A stretch of 62,853 nt of DNA, counting the filler, from Rhabdomonas costata (lineage: Eukaryota), in the NCBI GenBank assembly GCA_019059605.1. It is 32 parts of 32 records of this genome, joined end to end, with 100 filler letters (N's around TTAATTAATTAA, not from the genome) between each part and the next. Parts side by side here need not be neighbours in the genome. Positions count along the whole stretch, not along the records: positions 1 to 1,867 come from JAHMHO010007967.1; positions 1,968 to 3,836 come from JAHMHO010007968.1; positions 3,937 to 5,805 come from JAHMHO010007969.1; positions 5,906 to 7,773 come from JAHMHO010007970.1; positions 7,874 to 9,741 come from JAHMHO010007971.1; positions 9,842 to 11,709 come from JAHMHO010007972.1; 26 more parts are not named here. One strand, 5' to 3'. The notes under the pieces were generated by a model. It worked only from the letters and a program-made list of their open reading frames with translations. It searched no databases and was not told the DNA's origin. Positions 1 through 10,551 of this stretch are shown here, piece after piece. Numbering within the stretch: position 1 is the stretch's first letter; each line of letters opens with the position of its first letter. Made by a program: the position numbers and the translations under genes.

Positions 1-18
1 GGTGGGGTTTTGCCGTTT

Positions 19-1740
19 GCACACCAGCACCAGTGTATGGTGCACCTCAGATTGTCACGTGTGCCTTTGTGGAACCCCATTTTCCCCCATGCATCAATAC
101 CCTGCTGCGCCAAGAAATTCCTCGGAAGAGTTGATTCTGAGCCAGCCGGAGCTTGGCAGAGTTGTGAGCTCCTTCCTTACCGATCCCTGATCCGCGATGC
201 AGCGCTTTTTGTTTTGGAGAACGGTAGGGGGGAGGTCCCCAACCTCTTTTTTCTGTGGTAGTTTTCTCTTTCGACCCAGAAAATGGCAAGAAGGGACGTC
301 CTCCGCGAAAGGCAAAAACTTTCACATCACTTCATTCCCTCTTTCAGAGTTCTGTGCAGCTATTTCCCCGCCCCACGAAGGAGAGACGGCTTCTTTTGTC
401 CTTCTTTGTGATACAGACACCCACACTATCATTGAGAGCGTTTGACGGGACTGTGCACAGGCTTGCGTTTGGTAGGTCCTTCCCGTTCCCCATGCTCGAA
501 GCAGCAGTCGGTGTGCATTGTGGTCCAGAGAGCAAGAGAGACCGAGAGCGACGGGACCATGTGCTACGAAGGAGTACCGCACGGTATTCTTTGAAGGCGA
601 CCTCCAGGTTGCCTTTAGCTGTGCCCACACGCGTGCTCGCCTACTCTCACCTTTTGGAGCACAACATCTCTCTGTCTTTCATTCGTTTCTACATTGAGGA
701 CCGCTTCTCTGCTCAGCGGTGGCTGTTGATTGTCCGGTGTTGTATGACTCATGCAGGATGTTTTTGGCCTTGTAGAAGTTATTAGTTATTCTGGCTACCC
801 AGAAGGATGCTCCCTCCCTCCTGAGCTGAGATTAGATCATTCGTAATCTCAGAGAGAGAGAGAATGCAAGTATGTCTGAGGAGGCGGCTGCCATGTTTCG
901 GCTTCCACCGTGTCTTTGTATTCAGTCTGCAGAAATGACGTGGACAAGAGGTTTGTCCGCGGCCTTGATGACGCATTTATCCCTGCTCCTGCTGTTTTTC
1001 TGTTGTTTGTTCCTTTTTTGCTTTGCACCATTTTTCGCACAGGACTTTTTACAGAGCACCAACCGTGCCTTTGCAGCCTTCCCCTCATGCATTTTCCCTC
1101 CACTGGATTGCGTTTCTGTTTCAATTCCCCTTTATCCCTTCAAATTACATCTTTTCGTCTGAGGATTTGAACCACTTTTGCACACCAGCACCCGCGTTTG
1201 ATTGCCACGCGTGTCATTCAACAACCCCATGGTCCCCACTGACCAATGCCGTGCTGCGTCAAGAAATTCCTCGGAAGAGTTGATTCTGGGCCAGCCGGAG
1301 CTTGGCAGAGTTGTGAGCTCCTCAACTGTCAAAGTAACTTGGATCGTGGAGGTAATATGGATCAAGGATTGCCGATCCCCTGATCCGCGATGCAGCGCTT
1401 TTTGTTTTGGAGAACGGTGTGAGGGAGGGGGTCGCCAATCTCTCTTTCTATGCTCTGTGCAGCAGCTATTTTCCAGCCCCACGAAGACGAGAGGGCTCCT
1501 TTTATCCTTCCTCCTGACAACTGAACCAACCGTATTTATTGGACGGTATGAGAGCAGCACTGCGCGAAACCTTGCGCCTGTTAGGTCTTTCCCGTTAGAG
1601 CAAGAGAGAGTGAGCGAGAGAGATATTACCACACGGTCTCATTTGAAGGCTGACCTCCAGGTCGCCTTTGCTGTGTTCACACATGCGCTCGCTCATTTTC
1701 TCCCTTTTGCAGCACAATCGTTCTGTCCTTCTTTCATTCT
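19..1740 (+). repeat. Diverged tandem duplication, period ~1.16 kb (copy A ~19-685, copy B ~1180-1740)
   Basis: caagaaattcctcggaagagttgattctg(a/g)gccagccggagcttggcagagttgtgagctcc at ~112 and ~1260; gatccgcgatgcagcgctttttgttttggagaacggt, cagctattt..gccccacgaag and gaaggc..gacctccaggt occur in both copies in the same order. Confidence 0.85.
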
Positions 1741-1867
1741 TTGAACACCGCTTCTCCATGCCGAGTGTTCCCATTTCCTGATTCCTCTCTCTCTGTACTG
1801 AATTCTGTACTACCACGAGACTCCGAGTGTTTGCAGCCCAGTGTTGCTTTGGGGGAGACAAACACAA

Positions 1868-1967
1868 NNNNNNNNNNNNNNNNNNNNNNNNNNNNNNNNN
1901 NNNNNNNNNNNTTAATTAATTAANNNNNNNNNNNNNNNNNNNNNNNNNNNNNNNNNNNNNNNNNNNN
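1868..1967. other. Artificial contig-joining spacer (N44-TTAATTAATTAA-N44); recurs 31 times, about every 1.97 kb
   Basis: Identical N-run/TTAATTAATTAA/N-run block with stops in all six frames between segments of near-identical length (~1866-1869 bp), i.e. length-sorted contigs. Confidence 0.98.
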
Positions 1968-2362
1968 GGGGTGTGTGCTGTGAATGTGTGCGAGGGTGAT
2001 CGTGTTTGATGAGACTGCACATATGTGAATAGGAGCAGCCAAAGCAGCTAGCCACCGAGCTAACACTTGGCTGCTCCTATTCACATATGTGCAGTCTCAT
2101 CAAACACGATCACCCTCGCACACATTCACAGCACACAGCTGCGTCCAAATGCTAACTCACACTTGAAGGTTTCAAACACGCAGTGGCCTCATTGATACCA
2201 GAACACACAAGCTCGCATCCCTTTGCGTACTACCTGTGCTTTACAATCGGCATTGATCCCGTGGGAATTGTGCATTCATGTGTTTTGCCCTCGGCTTTGG
2301 TAAAGAGTGTATCATGTTTGGTGCGATGGGGGGGGGAACCTCACAGCGATGTCTCCGGGCAG

Positions 2363-3714
2363 GCCCAGCTTGGTGTGCCCACTCAGCGACAGGGCACGGG
2401 CCGTGTCACTCTTTCCAATATCATGTTCCCCAGCTCCAGCAAGAGGCTGTGGTTCACGGCCACCGCAAACTTCACCAGCGCAGGCACTCAGAGCTACTGC
2501 ATCCAAGTCAACTCAAACTCTGCCGCTGTCAGGGTGCGCATGTGTCTGCTTGCGCTGTGTTATGCCGGTTTGTTTGATACGTACGCAAACGAACGGATAT
2601 GACCCGACCCCATGCTCAGGTTCTGCTCCCCGTCCCCCATATAGCTATGGTCTTCGGAGCGACAAAAGGTTTACAGAGATCTGCCCTTCTTCGAGAGAAT
2701 ACTAGGGTAATTTATACCTTTCTGTTGATTTTTTGTGCGGGTGAGTGGGGTAAACGGAATTGGCTTTTCCAGCTGGGTTTGCCAATCAGCCCTGCGTCCT
2801 GTAGGCATGCGTCCAGGTGGTCCGCCAAAATTTTGTCCTTTTTGTGGTGTGTATACAATGTTCCTTTATACTCTTACTTTCTTCTGACTGCTGTCCTTTG
2901 CGTTGTGGTGGCTGCCTCCTCCTCATTTCCTCGCTTTCTTCCCTCCCCGCAAGAAAGGGGGGTATGCCAAAAAACGAAAGGTGCTGCTGTACTGGCCGGA
3001 CTACCCCGCCACGGCCAATAGCGCAGCGGTGCTGATCAACAACCTGGACCTGCTGCTCTTTCGCAGCGGGTTCTCCCTGCGGGGCAACTTCTTCACTCTG
3101 GGCACCACTGGTTTGTGCGTGTGAGCGAATTGAGTTTTCGTCCTCGCCCTGCCGCCCATACCATACAAGGTTTTCTCCTACCTTTTCCTTTTTGTGGATG
3201 CGGTGCTCCTTTGCTGAAACTTCACTTTGCGTGATTAATGTTAAGGCCTGGTGGAGCTGGTCAAACAACCACTATTGGCGAAGATGGGCAGAAACTGGGA
3301 ATGGGGGGACGAGCTTTTGTTGTCGATGTTTTGGCTATTAATCCTTTTTTCTCACAAGTTACAAGGCATACCACGAGTTGGATACCACACGATTCATCCC
3401 AATCCAGCGTGTACGCATGGGAGGGGGGGCTCGCCTCATGCCCACCTTCACTGGACTCAAACCGGGGATGCAATGCACAATTCTTTGGGCTTTCAATCGA
3501 AACTTTTGCTGGTGGCGATTTGCCTCCCCTTGTGCTTTCTGAGATCTGTGCTGTCCTTGCTCCAAGGCCCGCTGTTTTTGTTTTGGTGGCAGAGATATGA
3601 ACTGTCGTGTGCTTGTGTATTGCAGTGCAATTCGACAACGTGAACAACTTCGAGATTATCGAGGCGGTCCTCACCCCAGGAAACTACATTATTCAAGTCA
3701 AGCTCAATGCCAGG
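2363..3714 (+). CDS. Subtilisin-like S8 peptidase, KP-43/TagC-type C-terminal region (partial, 3 exons)
   Basis: Exons 2363-2533, 2981-3110, 3626-3714, GT-AG and phase-consistent; QGTGRVTLSN, VLLYWPDYPA..AAVLINNLDL and FDNVNNFE match KP-43/TagC motifs (QGxGR, WTDP..LVNDLDL, DxxNNVE). Confidence 0.8.
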
Positions 3715-4421
3715 GTATCACAGCAAAGGGGCGCTGATATCGTATTTCCTTTTCCTACGGTCACAAATTCAGCATCAGACCGGCGCTTGTTGCTGTTTTG
3801 TAGTTGCTGGGTTTTCCTCCACAATTACAACCCAACNNNNNNNNNNNNNNNNNNNNNNNNNNNNNNNNNNNNNNNNNNNNTTAATTAATTAANNNNNNNN
3901 NNNNNNNNNNNNNNNNNNNNNNNNNNNNNNNNNNNNGGTTGTTGTTATCAAAAGGTGTGGGGGCTGGTACACGTCTAGGTTTTTGTAAGTATCGTGATTG
4001 TGTTGGTTGCCCCGTCTCTGTTCCTTCAGTTTCTCTTCTCTCGATACTTGGTATCGAATTGTGATGCTCTCATTTGTGCTGCTACATTGTATTTGCTACC
4101 TTCGTCAGCATAGTTCATATCCGGACCATGAACTGTGAGTTGAGCGAGTGGTTAAACGTTATAACTTGTAACGTTACCCACCAAGGAACAGGTTCATCCA
4201 GCGGAAACTCAGAAAAAATCAGCGAGAAAAACAAGACAAAAAATATTTTAAAAACATAGAACCCCTTCACCCTGGACTGTATCAGCAATGTTCTACGATG
4301 TAACCTTGTTATAAAGCATAGCAGGATGATGCAATTAAGCACCCCGCAAAAAGATTCACAGAAGTGCATCCAGACCACGGGGTTGTTTCGGCCTTCTCTG
4401 TTCTTTGTTTGTGATGCACAG

Positions 4422-5797
4422 ACTCTGGAGGCCGAGTCTCCAGCCCCCCGCTGGTTGTAGGGGAGGCCGCGGTGCTACAGCAGCTCAGCAAGGTGGTGGA
4501 GCTCAACCTGAGTGGGCTGCGGCTGCGGAAGTTGCAGTGCTTCGAGGGGCTGCCCCAGCTACGGCGGCTGGTGCTCTCGGACAACGAGATCGCAAAGATT
4601 GAGGGCCTGGAGCGCTGCGAGAGGTTGGAGGAGCTCCACCTCGACGACAACCGCCTGACTAAGATGGAGGGCTTGGCCGGGCTGACCAGCCTGCGAAGAC
4701 TGGAGCTGGGCAAGAACAAGGTACTCCCACCCACCCTCCGCTTTGCGACAAACGTGTTCTCTTCTGCGTTCGAACATCATCAGCTCCTTCTTTGGATTTT
4801 TGTGTTCCAACTGGCAGGGCCTTTGCATGGCATTACCACGCGCTGTATTCAGTTCCTCCATTCGGTATTTGCGGTTGGGGGGGGGGCATTTAAGTTGGAA
4901 ACCAAGAGTGGTGAACAGTTCCCAGGAGATGTGCCGTGGGACGCGGGATGGGTTGAGACGTTTTATGGGGTGGGCGACGCTCCGTTTAGCGCTGCTAACC
5001 GTTAACACGTTTTAGCGGTGCTAAACGTCCGAATCAGACACATTTTTGGGCGATTTTATTTTTGGGTAAACTGTGTCATGCGGGGGCTCTGGACTCGGTT
5101 CGTCCGTTGCTCCTTAAACTCTCGCGCAGATCACTGTGATCGAGGGCATTGAGACTCTCTCTCACCTGTGCCAGCTGGCCTTGGAGGACAACGAGATCAC
5201 CAGCCTGGCTGGGCTGAGGTTTGTCTCGCACTTTTTCCTTTGTGTTTCTTTTGTCTTCTCGTTTTTGTCGTGGTGCGTGACTTTCAGTGTGACGTTCCTG
5301 CGTTTTTTCACCCTCAACCACGAGGAAGTTTCGCTGTTATTCTGCTTTTTCTTGGGTGGTGTCTTGGGTGCCGTCTAAGAGAAAGCTGTCACTCAAATAT
5401 TTTTGCTTGCCTTCTCGACATGAGTCTTCATATGACAGACTCAATCATTATCATTGCCATTTGCCGGGGTGGCTTTCCTGTATGTACTTCCGACACCTGC
5501 GAGCGAGCCTTGAGAGATTCATTTCTCTGAAGGCGTTCTTTTTCTTGGGTGGGTGGGGGGGCAACAAACGCAAAAGAAACTCATACAGCAGAAACACTGT
5601 GGAAGCACACCGCAGGATACTCTTTCTCACTTCTCAGTTCTCAGTTCTCGGTTCTTCGCTAAGCTGTCATTGCTTCTTGTTTGTGCAGCACGGCCCGCAG
5701 CCTGATGGAGCTGTACATGGGAGGCAACCGGGTGGAGTCCGTCAAGGAACTGAACCACCTTCGAGGGGACCGCAAGCTGATCATCCTAGACCTCAAC
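4422..5797 (+). CDS. LRRC9: Leucine-rich repeat protein, LRRC9-like (partial, 3 exons)
   Basis: Exons 4422-4720, 5130-5218, 5689-~5797; SDS22-type LRRs, then QLALEDNEITSLAGL and SLMELYMGGNRV..KLIILDL as in LRRC9. Confidence 0.75.
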
Positions 5798-5949
5798 ACA
5801 AACAANNNNNNNNNNNNNNNNNNNNNNNNNNNNNNNNNNNNNNNNNNNNTTAATTAATTAANNNNNNNNNNNNNNNNNNNNNNNNNNNNNNNNNNNNNNN
5901 NNNNNGTTGGGGTGTCAGCGTCGTGCGGTCCGGCTATGGAAGCTGCCAT

Positions 5950-6260
5950 TGCCGACGCACCCAGACGGACACGGACTTCCCAGTTCCCGAGTTGAACCCC
6001 CTGGGGCCACATGCTGTTCAGCCGACCCACCCAAAAGCGCTCCCGGGGGGTGGCGAACAGCCGGAAGTTCTCCTTTGCGGTTCCCAGTCGTCGTCCGTGT
6101 AGTGCTCTTCGCGTAGGAGAAGGTCGAGGACTCGTTGGCAAGCGCGACATGCAGGAGGTCCTTGAGGGTCTTGCGCTGATGCCAGTCCTTCGCCCTTTCC
6201 CACATCCGCGCCGCAAAACAGGCCAGACTTGTTCCAAGTCGCCGAACGTTGAACTCCGCA
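5950..6260 (-). mobile_element. Degenerate GIY-YIG endonuclease fragment of a Penelope-like retroelement, antisense in a PCCB intron
   Basis: Frameshifted WERAKDWHQRKTLKDLLH ... FRLFATPRERFWVGRLNSMWPQG(F)N matches the PLE GIY-YIG C-terminal RExxWIxxLxxxxPxGLN pattern; homologous to 61200-61690. Confidence 0.65.
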
Positions 6261-6558
6261 CAGGTAACCACACTAGGACGAGCTGAGAAATCCATGCCAG
6301 TTTGCCAGCTTGCAGCTTCCAGTTGGCCACGTGTGACTCTCCCTGTTTTGGATGAAGAACGGAAGCTGCCGCAAAGGATGGCTGTCCTCTGAGCAGCGAG
6401 TGGTCTCAAGCGAAGCGCCCCGATCCCCAAAGCGTCAGTGGACCGTGAGGAACTGGAACGGACGCTCCTTTTGCCCAGCCTACTTCCGTCCATGCGAGTG
6501 GCTGTTCCCGCAACTGCGCCGCACAGCACCAAACGCCTCAAACCTCATTCACTTTCAG

Positions 6559-7185
6559 GTCCCTGCGCGGGAGGGGCTGTCTACAGCCCTGCAATGACCG
6601 ACTTCATTTTCATGGTTGACCAGACCTCATACATGTTTGTCACTGGGCCGGACGTGGTCAAGGCTGTGACGCACGAGGTGATGTATGAATGAAAAATGAA
6701 GCAGTATGGTAAGAGTGCAAGGAAGTATATTTTGTGGTAAAGACTGAATAGGATTTTGGATTTTGTTAGGCAGGAGATGGCGTGAGATGATGTTGAAATC
6801 TTGAGTTTCGACGCGTCTGAGCCGGAGAAATGTCAGTTTGATATCGGCCTGGTTGTTGTGCGCTTTGAACCTTTCTTTCTATGCCTTTTCCGGGTATTTT
6901 ACAGGAAGTCTCCCATGAGAGGCTGGGTGGCTCGAAGACGCACTCGCAAGTGTCCGGTGTGTGTCACGGCACCTTCAAGAACGATGTTGAGGCTCTGCAT
7001 GAGCTCAGGAAGTTCATGACTTACCTCCCCGGTTCCAACAGGGTGCGCTGGGTTCGATTTTGTTTCATTTTGTGGAATAGATGAACTCCTTTGTTTGCTT
7101 TTCATTTCACCCTCGTCCAAAGGACCCGTCTCCTGTGCTCCGAAACGGTGACCTCCGTCATCGCAGCTGCCATCACTTGGAGACG
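6559..7185 (+). CDS. PCCB: Propionyl-CoA carboxylase beta chain (partial, 3 exons)
   Basis: Exons 6559-6677, 6905-7042, 7123-7185; [52 protein letters not shown]. Confidence 0.93.
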
Positions 7186-7362
7186 GTAGTCTGCCTCTCC
7201 TCCCTTGATCTTCTTTTCTTGAATGGAGCGTGAGACGTGTGGTTTCCTCTTGTTTCCTCTTGTGCAGCGATTCTCGCCTTTATGCGGAAGCAGATTTCGT
7301 TTCCGTTCTTGCTTGTACCTTGGGCTTCGGTTTTGATAAGTGAATGAAATGACGTGAAAGAA

Positions 7363-7761
7363 GGAACGAAGGAGCGCAGCGACTGAGTGACCAGAATACT
7401 CAACTCATGCAGAGGACGAACGAGCTGATGCGAGTGAGGACGTCGAGAGGAACGAGCGGGTAGCGAGTGACGAACCAGTGAACGTAGCCGGGTAGCGGCG
7501 GAGTGAACCACCATGCAGAGGGAAGGATGCGAAGACCTGAGCATCCTGACCGTCTGAGTTCTGAGTTCACTCTTCTGAGTTCGTGAGTGGAAGCGCCTCA
7601 TGGCGGTGGAACGAACCAACATCATCAGAGGGAGCATGCGAGGTACCGAGCATGCGACCATGGCATTACAGTCATGGTGGATGAGCGTACCGACGTCAGT
7701 CGGGGAGCGAAGGAACAACGCATTTAGGAGGGATGGCGGAGCGTAGCGTAGACATCCCGAC
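7363..7761 (+). repeat. Cluster of nine hairpins built from tandem G.A mismatches (strand-specific structured element)
   Basis: e.g. G-GA-AC-GA-AG-GA-GC[GCA]GC-GA-CT-GA-GT-GA-C (7363-7391), GG-GA-AGGATGC-GA-AG[AC]CT-GA-GCATCCT-GA-CC (7520-7551), GG-GA-GCATGC-GA-GG[TA]CC-GA-GCATGC-GA-CC (7630-7659). Confidence 0.85.
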
Positions 7762-7874
7762 ATCCAACCCACCNNNNNNNNNNNNNNNNNNNNNNNNNNN
7801 NNNNNNNNNNNNNNNNNTTAATTAATTAANNNNNNNNNNNNNNNNNNNNNNNNNNNNNNNNNNNNNNNNNNNNG

Positions 7875-9415
7875 TTGCGAGCCGTGCGATGTCTGGCTTC
7901 CTCATTTCTAGGGGTGGCAGCCCCCTTTACCGTGCCCTCCATCGCTGCATTGGTCTCTAGTCACAGGCCTGTCGGTCTTACCCGGCTCAGGGCATCCTCC
8001 TCACAGAACAGAAGCAGCTCATACTCCCCGTTGCCGCGGACAGGGCCCCCAATGGAGGCTGCCGCCAGTGATGGCGCTAGTGCCGGGGCGGCGCCAGGAA
8101 GAAAAGGTCATTCATATATTTGGCAGGCTGCGCTTTGCTTTGTGCTTATGTCTAATATGTGCGAGTGTCCAGCAAACCAACAATCAATTGGTCCAGCGTC
8201 CAAAAAGCGGCACGAGTCACAAAATTGCCATTGTGGCAGAAAACAGCAGACACACAAAAGAAAGGTGGGTGAAATAACAAGAACAGGACTGTTCACTCGG
8301 ACAGAATTTATGGTACAGTAAAGGGGAGGTCTGCGAACAACCCAATGATGGGGAATAATACGTGTGAGGACAAGGAAAACAGTGAATGCGGTTAATAGTC
8401 GAGAGAAGGAAGTTGTTTGAGGTTGGGTGAGAACTGAAAAGTAAAGGGAAGAGGCCATGTGGAAGAAACCCCAGCAATCGGCTCTGTGTTTCTTTTCAGT
8501 ACGGCACATGGACGACGACTTTTTGGATGACTTTGACGACGATTTTGACTCCTTGACAGAGCTTGGAGAAGAGGAAGCCATTGCTCGTGAGAAGGTCCCT
8601 TCGAGTTTGGTTAGGAAATCGCTCGTTGTGTGCAGAGCGTTGGGGCGTTGCCAGGGTGTGGAAGTGGCGGGGGAATGAGTGAGGCGTTTGGTTGGTTGAG
8701 AGGAAGCATTAGACCCCTTTTGTACTTCCATGGGAACCGTTCATTGCCCTTGCGTTCTTACCTAATCGTTTAGCAGCGAAAGACGTTTAGCAGTGCTAAA
8801 CGTCTATCCCCCCCCCCATACAAATGTCCTGGATCCACCTTCTGGCCCCTGGCCACCATAATTGTTGCCTGAGCGATGGCACAAGTGGCCCCCCCCTCTC
8901 GTGTCACTTTAGCGGCCGGGGGGGGGGGCGGCTGGCACCTCTTGTTTCTGTCCTTTCTCAGGCGCAACCCCGGGCTTCGGAAGAGGTACAGAGCAACGTG
9001 CGTGGTTTGTGCACTGCGCTGTGGGTGTGGGCATGAATGATTCATTGCCGCGTCCCTTGTTCGTGTGCTTTGGTCGGGAAAAAACCGTGAAACTCTCACG
9101 GCTCCCCACCCGACAACTGTGATCAAAAGGAACCGGGCAGCCGCCTGGACTCTCCTCAATCTAACTCTGGGTCTCAGTTAAGTCTCGGCAGACCAAAGCG
9201 AGTGTGTGAGTGTGTGATTATGTGAGTGTGTGAGTGTGAGGGGTGCTAGTTTCTTCGCGTCTTCTGCAATCAACTCGGTGGTGCGCTTCACAGGGTATGG
9301 CGCATTGTATCAAAAGGAATTAAAGAGATGTTGAGACGCTTTTTCTCGTCCGCGTGCCCAGACCCTGAAGCAGCTCGCTGACCTTATTGCGGAACTGAAG
9401 ACGACCAGACCGGAG
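7875..9415 (+). CDS. Hypothetical protein, N-terminal part (4 exons); Ser/Arg-rich leader may be a targeting peptide
   Basis: Exons ~7875-8106, 8500-8594, 8962-8985, 9362-9415 join in phase through GT-AG: MEAAASDG..RKVRHMDDDFLDDFDDDF..AREK-AQPRASEE-TLKQLADLIAELK. Confidence 0.55.
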
Positions 9416-10551
9416 GTGAGCCGTGTGCCGTTTCCATTCAAGCAAGTGTTCAAGGGTTTTCACTGCCTTGCATCGGCAGGCTGTAGCAATGGTTACCCAA
9501 GCGAATTGTGCTACGTTATACGTTACATCGCAATCATACACGATTTGCACACCTGGCGGGCTTCTGATCAACTCTCCCGCCTCCGCGGCACTGCTTTGAG
9601 GGGAATGACCACCGGTTTTACTCCGGCTATCCACCTCCTCTCCCCCCTTTCCGCCTCCCGCAATCCGTTGGTTCGGCCCAACGAATAGGGCGAGGTTTTG
9701 GGCCGAACTAAGTGGTCCTACCCCCCCCCCCATTTCCGATGNNNNNNNNNNNNNNNNNNNNNNNNNNNNNNNNNNNNNNNNNNNNTTAATTAATTAANNN
9801 NNNNNNNNNNNNNNNNNNNNNNNNNNNNNNNNNNNNNNNNNACACCTCCCGCTTTGTGGGTAACACACACAGGGGTAAGGGCAGGATTGCCGGTAGGAGA
9901 CTGTAACAACGCCATTTTGACCACAAAATCAAGTAGCACAGATGTTCGCTGTGGAGCTGTGGAACGAGGCTGAAAGAGAAAGCGGAAACATAACCACAGA
10001 TGAGAACTGCGCAAAACCCACTATCCCCGCCACGAAAAAAACCGAGCAATCCCTGATATTTCGTCGTATTTCGGTTCAAAGCAGCGTAAAGAAGCCCTTG
10101 CCCGCGCTACATCGACCCCCCAAAACCTCTTTCACTCTCCAACGTGAGTCATAGTTGTCCTCTTCCACCTCCTATATGATTCTAGCCTACCCTTTCTTCG
10201 ACGCATTCCAAAACGAATAAAAAAAGCACACGCCACTTCTCAGGAACGCTTCACAGGACAACGAAGTACAGTCACAGACTGTGCCCAATCTTCAGTGTAT
10301 CCCAGAGCCCAGGAACCAGTCGTCCGAGGGAAGCGTATCAGATCCAGAGGTCTTTTTTCACTGAATTGCAGGAATCCCATTCTGCTTGGGCTTCAGATGC
10401 CCACAGCCGGTCAGTGCGAGTACGGTCAGCCGTCCGCTCAGCTGGTGGATACGGGTGGAGGCGGGAGACGGGGCGATGTGCTCTCTTCTGAATTCGAGAC
10501 CCCTCCTTGGGCCGAAGCCGTTTTAGAAAACTCACTTCCCTCCTTTTTGAC

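Noticed and set aside
1-12. G/T-rich starts and C/A-rich ends on nearly all contigs, resembling telomere addition or nanochromosomes
   Set aside because: Tails are short, non-periodic, differ each time and interrupt exons; consistent with enzymatic low-complexity tailing during library preparation
1912-1923. Regularly spaced TTAATTAATTAA as a CRISPR-like or biological repeat
   Set aside because: Embedded in N runs; synthetic six-frame stop linker
1972-2137. Perfect 71-bp inverted repeat (1972-2042 / 2067-2137), pre-miRNA- or MITE-like
   Set aside because: Starts at the contig edge right after the G/T tail with no mismatches, like two other contigs; best explained as a fold-back library artefact
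7553-7582. ttctgagt resembling the Euglena spliced leader; CTGATGA on the - strand near 7622-7628 resembling a hammerhead core
   Set aside because: The rest of the SL sequence is absent, and no correctly placed GAAA or stems for a hammerhead were found
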